This document shows positions 18,987-28,790 of a stretch of 64,000 nucleotides of DNA, one piece after another; position 1 is the stretch's first letter, and each line of letters opens with the position of its first letter. A program made the position numbers and the translations under genes. The stretch is from an uncultured Fusobacterium sp. (GTDB lineage Bacteria; Fusobacteriota; Fusobacteriia; Fusobacteriales; Fusobacteriaceae). The stretch lies in NCBI GenBank assembly GCA_963530445.1, contig CAUSCM010000002.1, positions 16,229 to 80,228 of the forward strand. The letters are read 5' to 3'. The notes below the pieces were generated by a model that was not told the DNA's origin, did not search any database, and saw nothing but the letters and a program-made list of their open reading frames with translations.

Positions 18987-20051
18987 CTATTTTAATTTTT
19001 TATTTTTTTTACTATTTATTATTTTTTTATTCTTTTTTGAATTTTCTTCCTTTAGTAATTTACCATTTTCATCATAATATTTTTCATAATTACTTCCTTT
19101 TTTATAATCATAAAATATATCTTCAGCTATTTTACCATTTTCATGATAGGCTTTCCTTACATATGTTTTGTCAACATCATTTAATATAATTTCAACTTTT
19201 AAATCCCCATTAGGATAGTATTTTTTTTGAAATTTTTTTTCATTTTCCCCTACTATTTCTACCTCTAATTTGTCATTTAGATATACTTTTATTTCAGCAT
19301 TATTATCATCAAAAATTTTTGTGTAAATTTTTCTAATTTCTCCATTTTCTCCGTATCCTGTCATTATTATTTCATTATCTTTTTCTTCTTGGATTAATTT
19401 TAATTTACCATTTTCATATATCTTACCTATTCCACTTTGTATATAACTTTTATATTTATTTAAAATTTTATCCACATCTTTCATAGAAAGAATTTCTTTT
19501 TTCTCTGCCTCAGTTAGTTCTCTTTTTAAAATAATTTCGTTTATTATGTTTATTTTATTTTCTTCATCTCCCATTGTCATTTCTTGAAACAATTTTATCT
19601 TTCCATCTTTTTTTGTAATAGTCATTTTTGACTTGGCATCCATAAATAAATCTAAAAACTTTGATGCCTCTTCTTTTTGAGCTTCATCAGAATTAGAAAT
19701 TATTATTTCAGACATTTTTAGCATAACTAACATTTCATCAGGTAATTTTTCAGAATATAAAACTTCTTGATTTTCTGATAGAATTTCAACTTTTTTATTT
19801 TTAGTATTTATCTTTCCGAAATATACTACTTCCCCTTTTTTAGAAAGATTGTCATTTATGTAATCGAAAAACTTTTTATAGTTTGGATCATTCTTTTTTT
19901 CCTCTTGCAAAATACCCATCAATATTTTAATATTGTCACCAATTTTAAGCTTTTTTTCACCTAAAGGAATAGTATATTTTTCATTTAAAGCTGAAAAACT
20001 AAAAACACTACACAAAATAAAAATCAGCATTAATAATTTCTTCTTTATCAT
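18987..20051 (-). CDS. Secreted MORN-variant / YwqK-like repeat protein
   Basis: Repeated Y-x-x-NG-x-(L/I) units (YENGKL, GENGEI, YPNGDL, YHENGKI, YDENGKL). Signal peptide starts at MIKKKLLML (ATG 20051, RBS GGAG). The ORF is open to 20093. Confidence 0.6.
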   Translation of the reverse strand: MIKKKLLMLIFILCSVFSFSALNEKYTIPLGEKKLKIGDNIKILMGILQEEKKNDPNYKKFFDYINDNLSKKGEVVYFGKINTKNKKVEILSENQEVLYSEKLPDEMLVMLKMSEIIISNSDEAQKEEASKFLDLFMDAKSKMTITKKDGKIKLFQEMTMGDEENKINIINEIILKRELTEAEKKEILSMKDVDKILNKYKSYIQSGIGKIYENGKLKLIQEEKDNEIIMTGYGENGEIRKIYTKIFDDNNAEIKVYLNDKLEVEIVGENEKKFQKKYYPNGDLKVEIILNDVDKTYVRKAYHENGKIAEDIFYDYKKGSNYEKYYDENGKLLKEENSKKNKKIINSKKNKKLK

Positions 20052-20061
20052 AGTTGTCTCC

Positions 20062-20934
20062 TTATATAATTTCATCCAAGCAAAATTTCCCAAGTTTCGC
20101 TGCTCTATAATCTCTAAGCAATGTATAAGCAGCCTGTAAAATATTTAATTCTCCACCTTTATTAAGCATAGCCATTCTCAATGCGACCTTCGATAGGTTA
20201 TGTTCCATTATTTCGTCATCTCTATCTTCGTCTAAAAGTTTATATCTCTCTTTCAAACTTTCCCATCTACCTTGAGCCAACATTTTTTTTATAAAGCTAC
20301 AAGCTACATCTTCAACAGGTAAAATTTCATCTCTTATTGCTCCAGAAATTGCAAGATTTACTCCAACAGTCTCGCTGTCAAATTTTGGCCACAAGATACC
20401 AGGTGTATCTAAAAGTTCTATACCTTCTTTAATTCTCACCCATTGTTTTCCTCTTGTGAATCCTGGTTTATTTCCAACAGCTGCGCTATTTTTTCCAACT
20501 ATTCTATTTATAAGTCTTGATTTTCCAACGTTAGGTATACCTAAAACTATAATTCTTGTGCTAACTTTTTTCAAACCTTTTTTCATAAGTTTTTCTTTTC
20601 TCGCTTTATCAGCAAGTTCAATAGCTTCATAAAGTTTTTTTACATTATAGCCAGTTTCAGCACTCATCTCAACAACTTCATCAGCAAAACCTTTTTCCTT
20701 AAAATATCTTTTCCACTTATCAAGCTCTGCTTTAGAAACAAGATCCGCCTTATTTAAAACTATAACTCTTTTTTTATTTTCTGATAATTTTTCTATGTTT
20801 GGATTCTTACTTGAAATTGGTATTCTTGCATCTACAATTTCCAAAACCACATCAACCAATTTCAAATTTTCAGAAATTAGATCTTTAGTTTTTTTCATAT
20901 GGCCAGGATACCAATTAATCTGTGTCATCGTCAT
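20062..20934 (-). CDS. rbgA: Ribosome biogenesis GTPase A (YlqF/RbgA)
   Basis: INWYPGHM N-terminus. Circularly permuted GTPase motifs (NKADL ... GIPNVGKS ... DTPG). ATG at 20934 is preceded by AGGGGG. The ORF is open to 20961. Confidence 0.9.
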   Translation of the reverse strand: MTMTQINWYPGHMKKTKDLISENLKLVDVVLEIVDARIPISSKNPNIEKLSENKKRVIVLNKADLVSKAELDKWKRYFKEKGFADEVVEMSAETGYNVKKLYEAIELADKARKEKLMKKGLKKVSTRIIVLGIPNVGKSRLINRIVGKNSAAVGNKPGFTRGKQWVRIKEGIELLDTPGILWPKFDSETVGVNLAISGAIRDEILPVEDVACSFIKKMLAQGRWESLKERYKLLDEDRDDEIMEHNLSKVALRMAMLNKGGELNILQAAYTLLRDYRAAKLGKFCLDEII

Positions 20935-21619
20935 ATTTATTGCCCCCTTTAACTTTTTCAACGGGCTCTATCATCAAAACGATTTCTCCCTTTATTGGAT
21001 TTTTTTCCAATTTTTCTATAAGTTCTGTTGTTGTCCCTCTCAAAACTTCTTCATAAATTTTTGTAATTTCTCTCACAATTACAACATCTCTCACTCCCAT
21101 AAAAGTTTCGATATCTCTTAAAGTTTTTTCTATTCTGAAAGGAGATTCGTAGATCACAATAGTTCTTTCTTTTTCTTCTGCCAATTGTTTTAATAAAGTT
21201 TGTCTACCTTTTTTCTTTGGTAGAAAACCTTCAAAACAAAATCTTCTCATACTAATTCCAGCAATCGAAGCTGAAGCAGTTAGAGCTGAAGCTCCAGGAA
21301 TTGCCACAACTTTTATTCCATTTTTATGGGCCTCATCCACAACCTCATATCCAGGATCAGATATACAAGGAGTCCCAGCATCAGTAACAAGTGCAATATT
21401 TTTTTCTTCTTTCAAAAGGTTTATAATATTTGCTACTTGGTGTTGTTTTGTATGTTCATCATATCTATAAACTGTATTTTTTATTTCATAGTGATCCAAA
21501 AGTTTTTTAGTAACTCTTGTATCTTCTGCAAAAATATAGTCGACTTCCTTTAGAGTTCTTATTGCTCTAAAAGTCATATCTTCTAAATTTCCTATCGGTG
21601 TTGCAACTATATATAACAT
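20915..21619 (-). CDS. rsmI: 16S rRNA (cytidine1402-2'-O)-methyltransferase
   Basis: 234 aa. MLYIVATPIGNLEDMT...AEDTR is typical of the tetrapyrrole-methylase-fold RsmI. Confidence 0.88.
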   Translation of the reverse strand: MLYIVATPIGNLEDMTFRAIRTLKEVDYIFAEDTRVTKKLLDHYEIKNTVYRYDEHTKQHQVANIINLLKEEKNIALVTDAGTPCISDPGYEVVDEAHKNGIKVVAIPGASALTASASIAGISMRRFCFEGFLPKKKGRQTLLKQLAEEKERTIVIYESPFRIEKTLRDIETFMGVRDVVIVREITKIYEEVLRGTTTELIEKLEKNPIKGEIVLMIEPVEKVKGGNKYDDDTD

Positions 21620-21637
21620 TTTATTAAACCTTACCTT

Positions 21638-23020
21638 TTATTTTTTTAATAACATTCCTTTTAAGATACCTTTTCCAACTTCAAGCTGAATATCTTTATG
21701 CTTATCAACTTCTTCAGCTGCTTTTTCACCTTTTACAGTTTTTATCAATTCTTTCTTGCTTTCCTTTTGTTCTTTCTCATCAACATTTGTAATTGTACCA
21801 TCTGAAATTAAATAGTAATCCTTATCTTCAACTTTTGTATCAGGTTCGATACCTGTTCCATCTATTGTTTCTCCACTTGGAGTATAATATTTAGCAATAG
21901 TTATTTTTATTCCATCTCCATCAGGTAACGGCAATAAAGTTTGAACACTACCCTTTCCAAAAGTTTTTTCTCCAACAAGAACGGCTCTTTTATGATCTTT
22001 CAAAGCTCCAGAAACAATTTCGGAAGCCGAAGCACTTCCTCCATTTATCAAAACAACTAGAGGGAAATCTCCAAAATATTTTCCTTCTCTTTGATAAATT
22101 TTTTCCTTAGCTGCTTTTTGTTTTGTACTAACTATTCTACCTTTATCAATAAACATAGAAGCTATTTTTATAGATTGACTCAATTCTCCACCCGGATTAG
22201 ATCTTAAATCTAAGACTAAAGCTTTCATTCCCTTTGCTTGTAAACCTTCCAAAGATTTTTTCATATCATCATAAACATTATCTCCAAATTGAGTAAGTCT
22301 TAAATATCCAATTTCATTGTCAAGCATTTTACTCTTTACATATTTTAATTCTATAACTTCTCTTTTTAATTCGAAAACTTTTGTTGTATTATTTATTTCT
22401 CTGAAAACCTTAACTTTTACAGTGGTATTAGCTTTTCCTTTTAATCTTTTTGTACATTCTTCTGATGTTAAAGTATAAGTTGATTCCCCATCAATTTCTG
22501 TAATTTTATCTTTAGGTTTGATTCCAACCTTATATGCAGGTCCATCTTCTATTGGAGATACAACTAACAATGGTTCATTAACTTTCTTTTGAATTACCAT
22601 TCCAACTCCAACATATTTTCCTTTTATATCTTCTTGAAAACTTTTCAATTCTTCTTTTGTGAAATAACTTGAATGAGGATCATCCAAAGATTCAAGCATA
22701 CCTTTTATAGCTCCCTGCATTAAAGATTTTTTTGTAACATCTTTTGGTTTTCTTGGTTCTTTGTTATCTTCAATATCTTTTTTATTTTCTTTAGTGCCTT
22801 TTTTATTTTCTTCGATCTTATTCTTATTTTTTTCTTCTTTTTTCTTATGGGCATTTGCATTTTCAACATAGCTATCTTGAATTAAATCCATAATATCTGA
22901 AATTTCTTTCAATTCTCTAAGATTAAATAAAAATCCTGTTCTGTTATCATCTCTTGCAAACGACATACCAAAAAGTGAAATCATCAATACGGCTGTCGCT
23001 TTTTTTAAAGTTATTTTCAT
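21638..23020 (-). CDS. ctp: S41 carboxy-terminal processing peptidase
   Basis: 460 aa with PDZ region (GVGM...SPIEDGPAYKVGIKPKD) and catalytic GGSASASE...KGS. K/E-rich insert near the N-terminus. Confidence 0.88.
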   Translation of the reverse strand: MKITLKKATAVLMISLFGMSFARDDNRTGFLFNLRELKEISDIMDLIQDSYVENANAHKKKEEKNKNKIEENKKGTKENKKDIEDNKEPRKPKDVTKKSLMQGAIKGMLESLDDPHSSYFTKEELKSFQEDIKGKYVGVGMVIQKKVNEPLLVVSPIEDGPAYKVGIKPKDKITEIDGESTYTLTSEECTKRLKGKANTTVKVKVFREINNTTKVFELKREVIELKYVKSKMLDNEIGYLRLTQFGDNVYDDMKKSLEGLQAKGMKALVLDLRSNPGGELSQSIKIASMFIDKGRIVSTKQKAAKEKIYQREGKYFGDFPLVVLINGGSASASEIVSGALKDHKRAVLVGEKTFGKGSVQTLLPLPDGDGIKITIAKYYTPSGETIDGTGIEPDTKVEDKDYYLISDGTITNVDEKEQKESKKELIKTVKGEKAAEEVDKHKDIQLEVGKGILKGMLLKK

Positions 23021-23779
23021 TTATCTTTCCTCCTTAGAAAAAACTGCTAAATATTCTGTATTCCCTTTTGTTCCCTTTATGGGAGATTCTATAAGATTCT
23101 GTAAATACAAATTATATTTTTTAGCTTCTTCCACAATATCATCAATTATTTTTTTGTGAACATCGGTATCTTTCACTATTCCCTTTTCAATATCTTCTCT
23201 CTCAGCTTCAAACTGAGGCTTTATTAAAAAAACTGTGAAACCATCTTTTTTTAAAAATTCTTCTATTTTATGTAAAACTCTTTTTATAGAGATAAAAGAT
23301 ATATCCATAACAATGGTATCAATTTCATCTTCTATATCTTCTTTTTCTAAATTATTGATATGTTTATTTTCTATACTTTTTATTTTATTGTTAGTTCTTA
23401 ACTTCCAATCAAGTTGATTAGTTCCCACATCAACAGCATAAACAAATTTTGCTCCATTTTGTAAAGCACAATCTGTAAATCCCCCTGTCGATGCTCCTAT
23501 ATCCATAACAATTTTATTTTCAAAATCTAAATTAAATTCCTTAATTGCTTTTTCTAATTTCAATCCTCCACGACTTACATAAGGAATATCTTTTTCTTTT
23601 ATTCTAATAGACTTTATTTTTTCAATGTTTATAATCTCTCCAGCCTTTTCAATTTTCTGTTCGTTTATTATAACATTGCCTATCATAATCTGCCTTTGAG
23701 CTACATCAAGATTTTCAAAATATTCGTTCTCAACTAAATATTCATCTAATCTCATTTTCTTTTTTAAAAAATTTTTCAT
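23021..23779 (-). CDS. tlyA: TlyA-family rRNA (cytidine-2'-O)-methyltransferase
   Basis: 252 aa with an S4 domain (RLDEYLV...) and an FtsJ fold (DIGASTGGFTD). Confidence 0.88.
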   Translation of the reverse strand: MKNFLKKKMRLDEYLVENEYFENLDVAQRQIMIGNVIINEQKIEKAGEIINIEKIKSIRIKEKDIPYVSRGGLKLEKAIKEFNLDFENKIVMDIGASTGGFTDCALQNGAKFVYAVDVGTNQLDWKLRTNNKIKSIENKHINNLEKEDIEDEIDTIVMDISFISIKRVLHKIEEFLKKDGFTVFLIKPQFEAEREDIEKGIVKDTDVHKKIIDDIVEEAKKYNLYLQNLIESPIKGTKGNTEYLAVFSKEER

Positions 23780-23801
23780 TTTTTATTCCTTTTAAAATTT
23801 A

Positions 23802-23829
23802 AAAGGGAGTTGTTATCACGACACCCTTT
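23802..23829 (-). terminator. Possible weak terminator or hairpin after the HD-HTH gene
   Basis: aaagggagttg...cgacacccttt imperfect stem. On the minus strand it is followed by TTTTAAATTTT. Confidence 0.3.
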
Positions 23830-23849
23830 ATATTAATTAGATTCTTTAT

Positions 23850-24680
23850 TTATTCTTCAAAAATTTTTTTATCTGTCATATATTTCATAAGAGGATTTTT
23901 CATAAATAAGTTATAAAAACCATGTTCATCTACAAATTTTTTTAATTTTTTTGTTTCTTCAGATCTTAAAACAAAAAATTTATCCCCTATAGGAACTCTT
24001 CCTTTTTCTTTATATACTTCTAAAAGCTCTGCAAAAGTTTTTAGATTAAGCTCTTTTTTAGCTCTTCTTATTCTATCCTTTATAACTGCAGCTGTGCATC
24101 CTGTTTCTTTTTCTATCTCAGTAAGTCCCATACCTTGAACAGATAATTTTAAGATATCATTTGCTTGTATCGGATTTATTCGATGATATTTAGCTGACTC
24201 CATATCAGCTATAAAAACAATCTTTGCTTCCTCTGTTTCAGGTTGAATTTTCCCCCATTTTCCATGATGAGATAAAACTATATGAGCTATATTTTCTTTT
24301 ACTTCTTTTAAAAGTCTAAGCCCAACTTGGCTTTCCATCAATTCCAAAACATCATAAACTTCAGCTACAATATATTCTGGATTTTTTGCCATCATCTGAG
24401 AATGAGATAAATTTTCCTCATTCCTCTTAATACTAGACTTACTTATATCATGCATAATTATTCCAACAGTTATGGCAAAGAAGTCTATATTATTTATAGC
24501 TTCTTCAAAACTTCCATATTTCTCTTTAATTTTATTAATCGAAATATTTAAAACATCATAGGTATGAGTAGAAACTTTTACCCCTTGATCATCACATAAT
24601 TCAAGATCTTTAACATCTTGAAAGTTTAAAAGGTTCTCAATAAATTTTTTAGATTTACTATTTTTTAATTTCATAAACAA
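23850..24680 (-). CDS. HD-domain phosphohydrolase fused to a C-terminal sigma-70 region-4/LuxR-like HTH
   Basis: HD signature residues (THTYD, IIMHDISK, LSHHGKWG, FIADME). HTH segment LTEIEKETGCTAAVIKDRIRRAKKEL. Start overlaps the dxs stop by 23 nt. Confidence 0.6.
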   Translation of the reverse strand: MFMKLKNSKSKKFIENLLNFQDVKDLELCDDQGVKVSTHTYDVLNISINKIKEKYGSFEEAINNIDFFAITVGIIMHDISKSSIKRNEENLSHSQMMAKNPEYIVAEVYDVLELMESQVGLRLLKEVKENIAHIVLSHHGKWGKIQPETEEAKIVFIADMESAKYHRINPIQANDILKLSVQGMGLTEIEKETGCTAAVIKDRIRRAKKELNLKTFAELLEVYKEKGRVPIGDKFFVLRSEETKKLKKFVDEHGFYNLFMKNPLMKYMTDKKIFEE

Positions 24681-26460
24681 GTTCCTCTATTCTTTCTATT
24701 AAACTATTTCCCTTTAATCCATTTTCTTCTAGTATTTCATTTCTTTTTCCGTGAGAAATGATTGCATTTTCCAAAGCTATCCTATGAATTTTTTTCATTA
24801 TTCCCTTATCATTCAAAAATTCAAGTATAGATGTACTAAAAGAATTTTTTATATAATTTTCTTCTAAAACAAAAATGTTATCGTATTCCCTTATATAGTT
24901 TAATAAATAAATTTCATCAAGAGGTTTCACAGATGCAGCACTGACAATAGTCCCACCTATACCCTTCTGTTTCAATTCTTCATCTATTTCTAAAATTCTT
25001 CTAAGCATAGTACCCGTTGCTATGAATAAATTTTTCTTTCCCTTTTTTATTTCTTTCCATTTTCCTATTTCAAGTTTATTATCTTTTTCTAAATCAAAAA
25101 TTTCATCTTTTGGTATTCTTATAACAAGAGGACCTGTATCAAAAGTTTTTGAAATTTCAAGAGCTTGTTCTAATTCTTTTGTTGTTGTTGGACATAAAAC
25201 GGTAAAATTCTGTATGGATAAGAAAAATGATAAATCATATAAGCCATTGTGAGTTTTTCCATCTTCCCCAACTACACCTGCTCTATCAATTATAAATCTA
25301 ACTGGTAAATTTTGAACAGACACATCATGTATCAGCTGACTAACTGCCCTTTGAATAAAGGTAGAATAAATACAGACGTAAGGTTTCTTTCCAGATTTTG
25401 CAAGACCTGCAGCAAAAGTTACAGTAAATCCCTCAGCTATACCCGTATCTATGCATCTGTTTGGAACTTCTTTTAAAAATTTATCTAATCCCGTTCCCTT
25501 TATCATTGCTGCCGACAAAGCATAAATATTTTTATCTTCTTTTGCAATCTCAAGTATTTTATTTCCAAAAATTTCTGAGTAAGTAAGAGATTTTTTTAAA
25601 GTGTCTCCTGTTTGTATATCAAAAGGTCCTACTCCATGAAACTTTTCCTTATTCTCTTCAGCATAACAATAACCTTTTCCTTTTTCTGTCTTTACTAATA
25701 ACAGAACAGGTCCTTGCTGATCTCTAACTTTTTTTAAAATAGAAAGAGTGTTTTTTATATCGTGACCATCAGCTATATTAAAAAATTTAAATCCAAAATT
25801 TTCAATTGCATAATAAGGTGTTACAAGATTTTTTATAGAATTTTCTAATTTTTCTAATACTCTTTTTGTTCTAACAGCCCTTATGTGATTTATAATTTTC
25901 TTAACTCTTGATCTAAAATTTTGATAGGTAGTGCTTATAATCACTCTTTTTAAAAATTTCGATATAAAACCAACATTTTCTCCAATTGACATTTCATTAT
26001 CATTTATAATGACAACTATATTCTCAAGTTTTTTATAGCCTATATAATTTAAAGCTTCAAGAGAATGTCCATTCGACACAGAGGCATCTCCCACAACAAC
26101 AATAACTTTTTTATCTGGATTGGCCGTTGCAAAACCAACAGCTGCCGGAAGAGCAGTTCCAGCATGTCCTGAGATGAAATGATCATAATGGCTCTCTTCA
26201 GGATCCAAAAACGGAGAAAGTCCTCCCTTAGTCCTAATAGTATGAAATCTATCTTCCCTATCAGTTAATATTTTATAGACATAAGCCTGATGCCCAACAT
26301 CAAACAACATAATATCTTTTTTAAAATCAAAAATTTCATTCAAGCAAACAGTCAATTCAACAATTCCAAGGTTAGGTCCTAGATGTCCACCATTTTTGCT
26401 TACAACTTTTATTAAATTTTCTCTTATATTTTGACATTTCTCTGTAAGTTGTTCTATCAT
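24658..26460 (-). CDS. dxs: 1-deoxy-D-xylulose-5-phosphate synthase
   Basis: 600 aa. GGHLGPNLG, ThDP motif GDASVSNG...NDN, and transketolase-like C-terminal domains. Confidence 0.93.
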   Translation of the reverse strand: MIEQLTEKCQNIRENLIKVVSKNGGHLGPNLGIVELTVCLNEIFDFKKDIMLFDVGHQAYVYKILTDREDRFHTIRTKGGLSPFLDPEESHYDHFISGHAGTALPAAVGFATANPDKKVIVVVGDASVSNGHSLEALNYIGYKKLENIVVIINDNEMSIGENVGFISKFLKRVIISTTYQNFRSRVKKIINHIRAVRTKRVLEKLENSIKNLVTPYYAIENFGFKFFNIADGHDIKNTLSILKKVRDQQGPVLLLVKTEKGKGYCYAEENKEKFHGVGPFDIQTGDTLKKSLTYSEIFGNKILEIAKEDKNIYALSAAMIKGTGLDKFLKEVPNRCIDTGIAEGFTVTFAAGLAKSGKKPYVCIYSTFIQRAVSQLIHDVSVQNLPVRFIIDRAGVVGEDGKTHNGLYDLSFFLSIQNFTVLCPTTTKELEQALEISKTFDTGPLVIRIPKDEIFDLEKDNKLEIGKWKEIKKGKKNLFIATGTMLRRILEIDEELKQKGIGGTIVSAASVKPLDEIYLLNYIREYDNIFVLEENYIKNSFSTSILEFLNDKGIMKKIHRIALENAIISHGKRNEILEENGLKGNSLIERIEELVYEIKK

Positions 26461-26489
26461 TTCCTTACCTTTTCCTAAAAATTTAATTT

Positions 26490-26517
26490 TGATGACGTCG
26501 GAAAATCGACATCATGA
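26490..26517 (-). terminator. Hairpin family copy 4 (degenerate) directly after yhbY; weak terminator or processing hairpin
   Basis: tgatgacgtcg / cgacatcatga. On the minus strand there are 9 bp plus one G.U and one mismatch. The downstream T-run is poor. Confidence 0.4.
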
Positions 26518-26519
26518 TT

Positions 26520-26819
26520 TTACATATTTTTCCATTCAAGTGAAATTGAAGGATTATCTTTATTTTCTTTAAAAATGATTATAGTTCTTCCAATCATTCC
26601 AACAACTTCAAAATCTTTAACATCCATTAACTTTGAATAAATTGTTCCTTTTTCTTCTTCACAATTTTGTAAAATTTTAACTTTTAAAAGTTCTCTCGAA
26701 TCTATTGCATCAAGTATACTTTGTATTATATTTTCATTTAAACCATCTTTACCTATTCTTACCATAGGTTCTAAATTATGCGCTTTCTTTTTTAAAAAAG
26801 CTCTTTTTTTACTATTCAT
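26520..26819 (-). CDS. yhbY: CRM-domain RNA-binding ribosome assembly protein YhbY
   Basis: 99 aa with LKKKAHNLEPMVRIGKDGL...ELLKVK. Confidence 0.85.
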   Translation of the reverse strand: MNSKKRAFLKKKAHNLEPMVRIGKDGLNENIIQSILDAIDSRELLKVKILQNCEEEKGTIYSKLMDVKDFEVVGMIGRTIIIFKENKDNPSISLEWKNM

Positions 26820-26834
26820 TTTCTCTCCTAATTT

Positions 26835-28790
26835 TTAAATTTCTAATAGCATTGGTAAAATAATTGGATTTCTTTTCAATTTCTCATAGAAAAATCTTGA
26901 AAGTAAATCTCTAACATTATTTTTTAAATCTCCCCAATCTCTTCCCAAATAAGTTTCTTTTATATTTATTTTCTTATTCAATAAATCTAAAGCTTCTTTC
27001 ATTGTATCTTCTGAGTCTTTATAATAAATAAATCCTTTTGTAGACATTTCAGGCCCAGCTATTATTTTTCCAGTTTCCTTATCAATAGAATAAGCCACAA
27101 TAACAATTCCATCTTCTGATAATTGTTGTCTATCTTTAATTACTTTACTTCCGATATCTCCGACACCTAGACCATCAATTAAAATTTCTCCAGAATTAAC
27201 TTTACCATTTATTTTTGCATATTCTTTAGTAACTTCTACTTTGTCACCATTTTGTGTCAGAATAATTTTATCCTTTGGCACTCCAGTTTCAATAGCAGAT
27301 TTCATATGAGCTTTAAGCATTCTGTATTCTCCATGAACTGGCATAAAATGTTTAGGATTTATAAGATTTAACATAAGTTTTTGTTCTTCCTTAGCTCCGT
27401 GACCAGAAACATGAATTCCAGCTAGTTTTTTAAATACTAAGTCAACATCATATCTCAATATACTATTTATATTACTCGAAACTGCTTTTTCATTTCCAGG
27501 AATTGGTGTTGATGAAATTATTACTGTATCTCCCTCTCTTAAAACTATATGCTTGTGCATATCTTTTGCAATTCTTGAAAGAGCTGCAAGAGGTTCTCCT
27601 TGAGTACCAGTACATAAAATAACTATTTCATCATCGTTGTATTTTTCAGTTGAAGAGATAGGTATTAATAATTTTTCTGGAACTGTTAATCTTCCAACAC
27701 TGGGAGCTATCTCAAATACTTTTATTAAACTTCTACCATCTATAGCAATTTTTCTTTTGAATTGAGCTGCAATATTTATAATTTGTTGTATTCTGTGAAC
27801 ATGTGAAGCAAAGACAGCTATTATAATTCTACCATTTGCCTTTTGAAATTCTTGTCTAAAAGCTTCACCAACACTTCTTTCTGAAGGAGTGAATCCTTCT
27901 ACTTCAGAGTTTGTTGAATCAGATAACATCAAATCAACTCCCTCTTCTCCTAATTCTGATAGTCTTACAAAATCTACTTTTTCTCCATCAACTGGAGTTA
28001 AATCTATTTTAAAGTCTCCAGTTAAAAACACATGACCAGCTGGTGTCTTAACTGATAAAGAATATGAATCTGCAATTGAGTGAGTTACTTTTACAAACTC
28101 AACCGAAAAATATTTTCCAACATTGATCTTACTTCTTGATCCAACTTCTATCATTTTTGGTATAGCTTTTTTCAAACCTAAATTTTCAAATTTTGATTTT
28201 ATTAAAGCATTAGTTAGTTTTCCACCATATACAAGAGTATCCTTTTCAATTTTTTCAAATAAATAAGGAATACCTCCAATATGATCTTCATGTCCGTGAG
28301 TTACAAATAATCCTTTTATTTTTGACTTATTATTTTCTAAAAAAGAATAATCTGGAATTACTAAATCTATCCCTGGTAAATTTTCATCTGGAAAGATAGC
28401 TCCTGCATCAACAATAATTATTTCATCTTTATATTGAATTATCGTACAGTTTTTTCCAACTTCTTCAAGTCCACCTAAAGGAATTACGTACATCTTATCT
28501 AAATCTTTTTTTATTTTTTTAGTTTTAGTTTCTTTTGTCTTTATTACTTCCTTAACGACTGGGACCTCTTTTTTCTCTTGTTTTTTAGTTTTTTCTTTTA
28601 TAGATTTTTTAATTTTTTCAGTAACTTTTTGATTTTTATTTTCTTGTTTATCTTTATTTGATGATTTTGTTTTTTTTGAATTTTTAGTTTTTAAATTCAT
28701 AACATCATCTTTAATACTTTTTAACTTATCACCTATACTAATTTTCTTGTCCTTCGACATCACTTGTGTTTCCTGTTTCTCTTTCTTCAT
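26835..28790 (-). CDS. rnj: Ribonuclease J with ~100-aa lysine-rich N-terminal extension
   Basis: Core begins at YVIPLGGLEEVGKN and has the beta-CASP/MBL motif HGHEDHIGG. Residues 1-99 are K-rich low complexity. RBS AGGAG precedes the ATG at 28790. Confidence 0.9.
   Translation of the reverse strand: MKKEKQETQVMSKDKKISIGDKLKSIKDDVMNLKTKNSKKTKSSNKDKQENKNQKVTEKIKKSIKEKTKKQEKKEVPVVKEVIKTKETKTKKIKKDLDKMYVIPLGGLEEVGKNCTIIQYKDEIIIVDAGAIFPDENLPGIDLVIPDYSFLENNKSKIKGLFVTHGHEDHIGGIPYLFEKIEKDTLVYGGKLTNALIKSKFENLGLKKAIPKMIEVGSRSKINVGKYFSVEFVKVTHSIADSYSLSVKTPAGHVFLTGDFKIDLTPVDGEKVDFVRLSELGEEGVDLMLSDSTNSEVEGFTPSERSVGEAFRQEFQKANGRIIIAVFASHVHRIQQIINIAAQFKRKIAIDGRSLIKVFEIAPSVGRLTVPEKLLIPISSTEKYNDDEIVILCTGTQGEPLAALSRIAKDMHKHIVLREGDTVIISSTPIPGNEKAVSSNINSILRYDVDLVFKKLAGIHVSGHGAKEEQKLMLNLINPKHFMPVHGEYRMLKAHMKSAIETGVPKDKIILTQNGDKVEVTKEYAKINGKVNSGEILIDGLGVGDIGSKVIKDRQQLSEDGIVIVAYSIDKETGKIIAGPEMSTKGFIYYKDSEDTMKEALDLLNKKINIKETYLGRDWGDLKNNVRDLLSRFFYEKLKRNPIILPMLLEI

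Noticed and set aside
22740-22870. K/E-rich low-complexity segments (S41 peptidase insert, LytR_C poly-Lys, MORN C-terminus) as possible nucleotide tandem repeats or contingency loci
   Set aside because: They are not exact tandem repeats at the DNA level. They are consistent with AAA/GAA codon bias in an AT-rich genome. The homopolymer runs are 9 nt or shorter and mostly intergenic.
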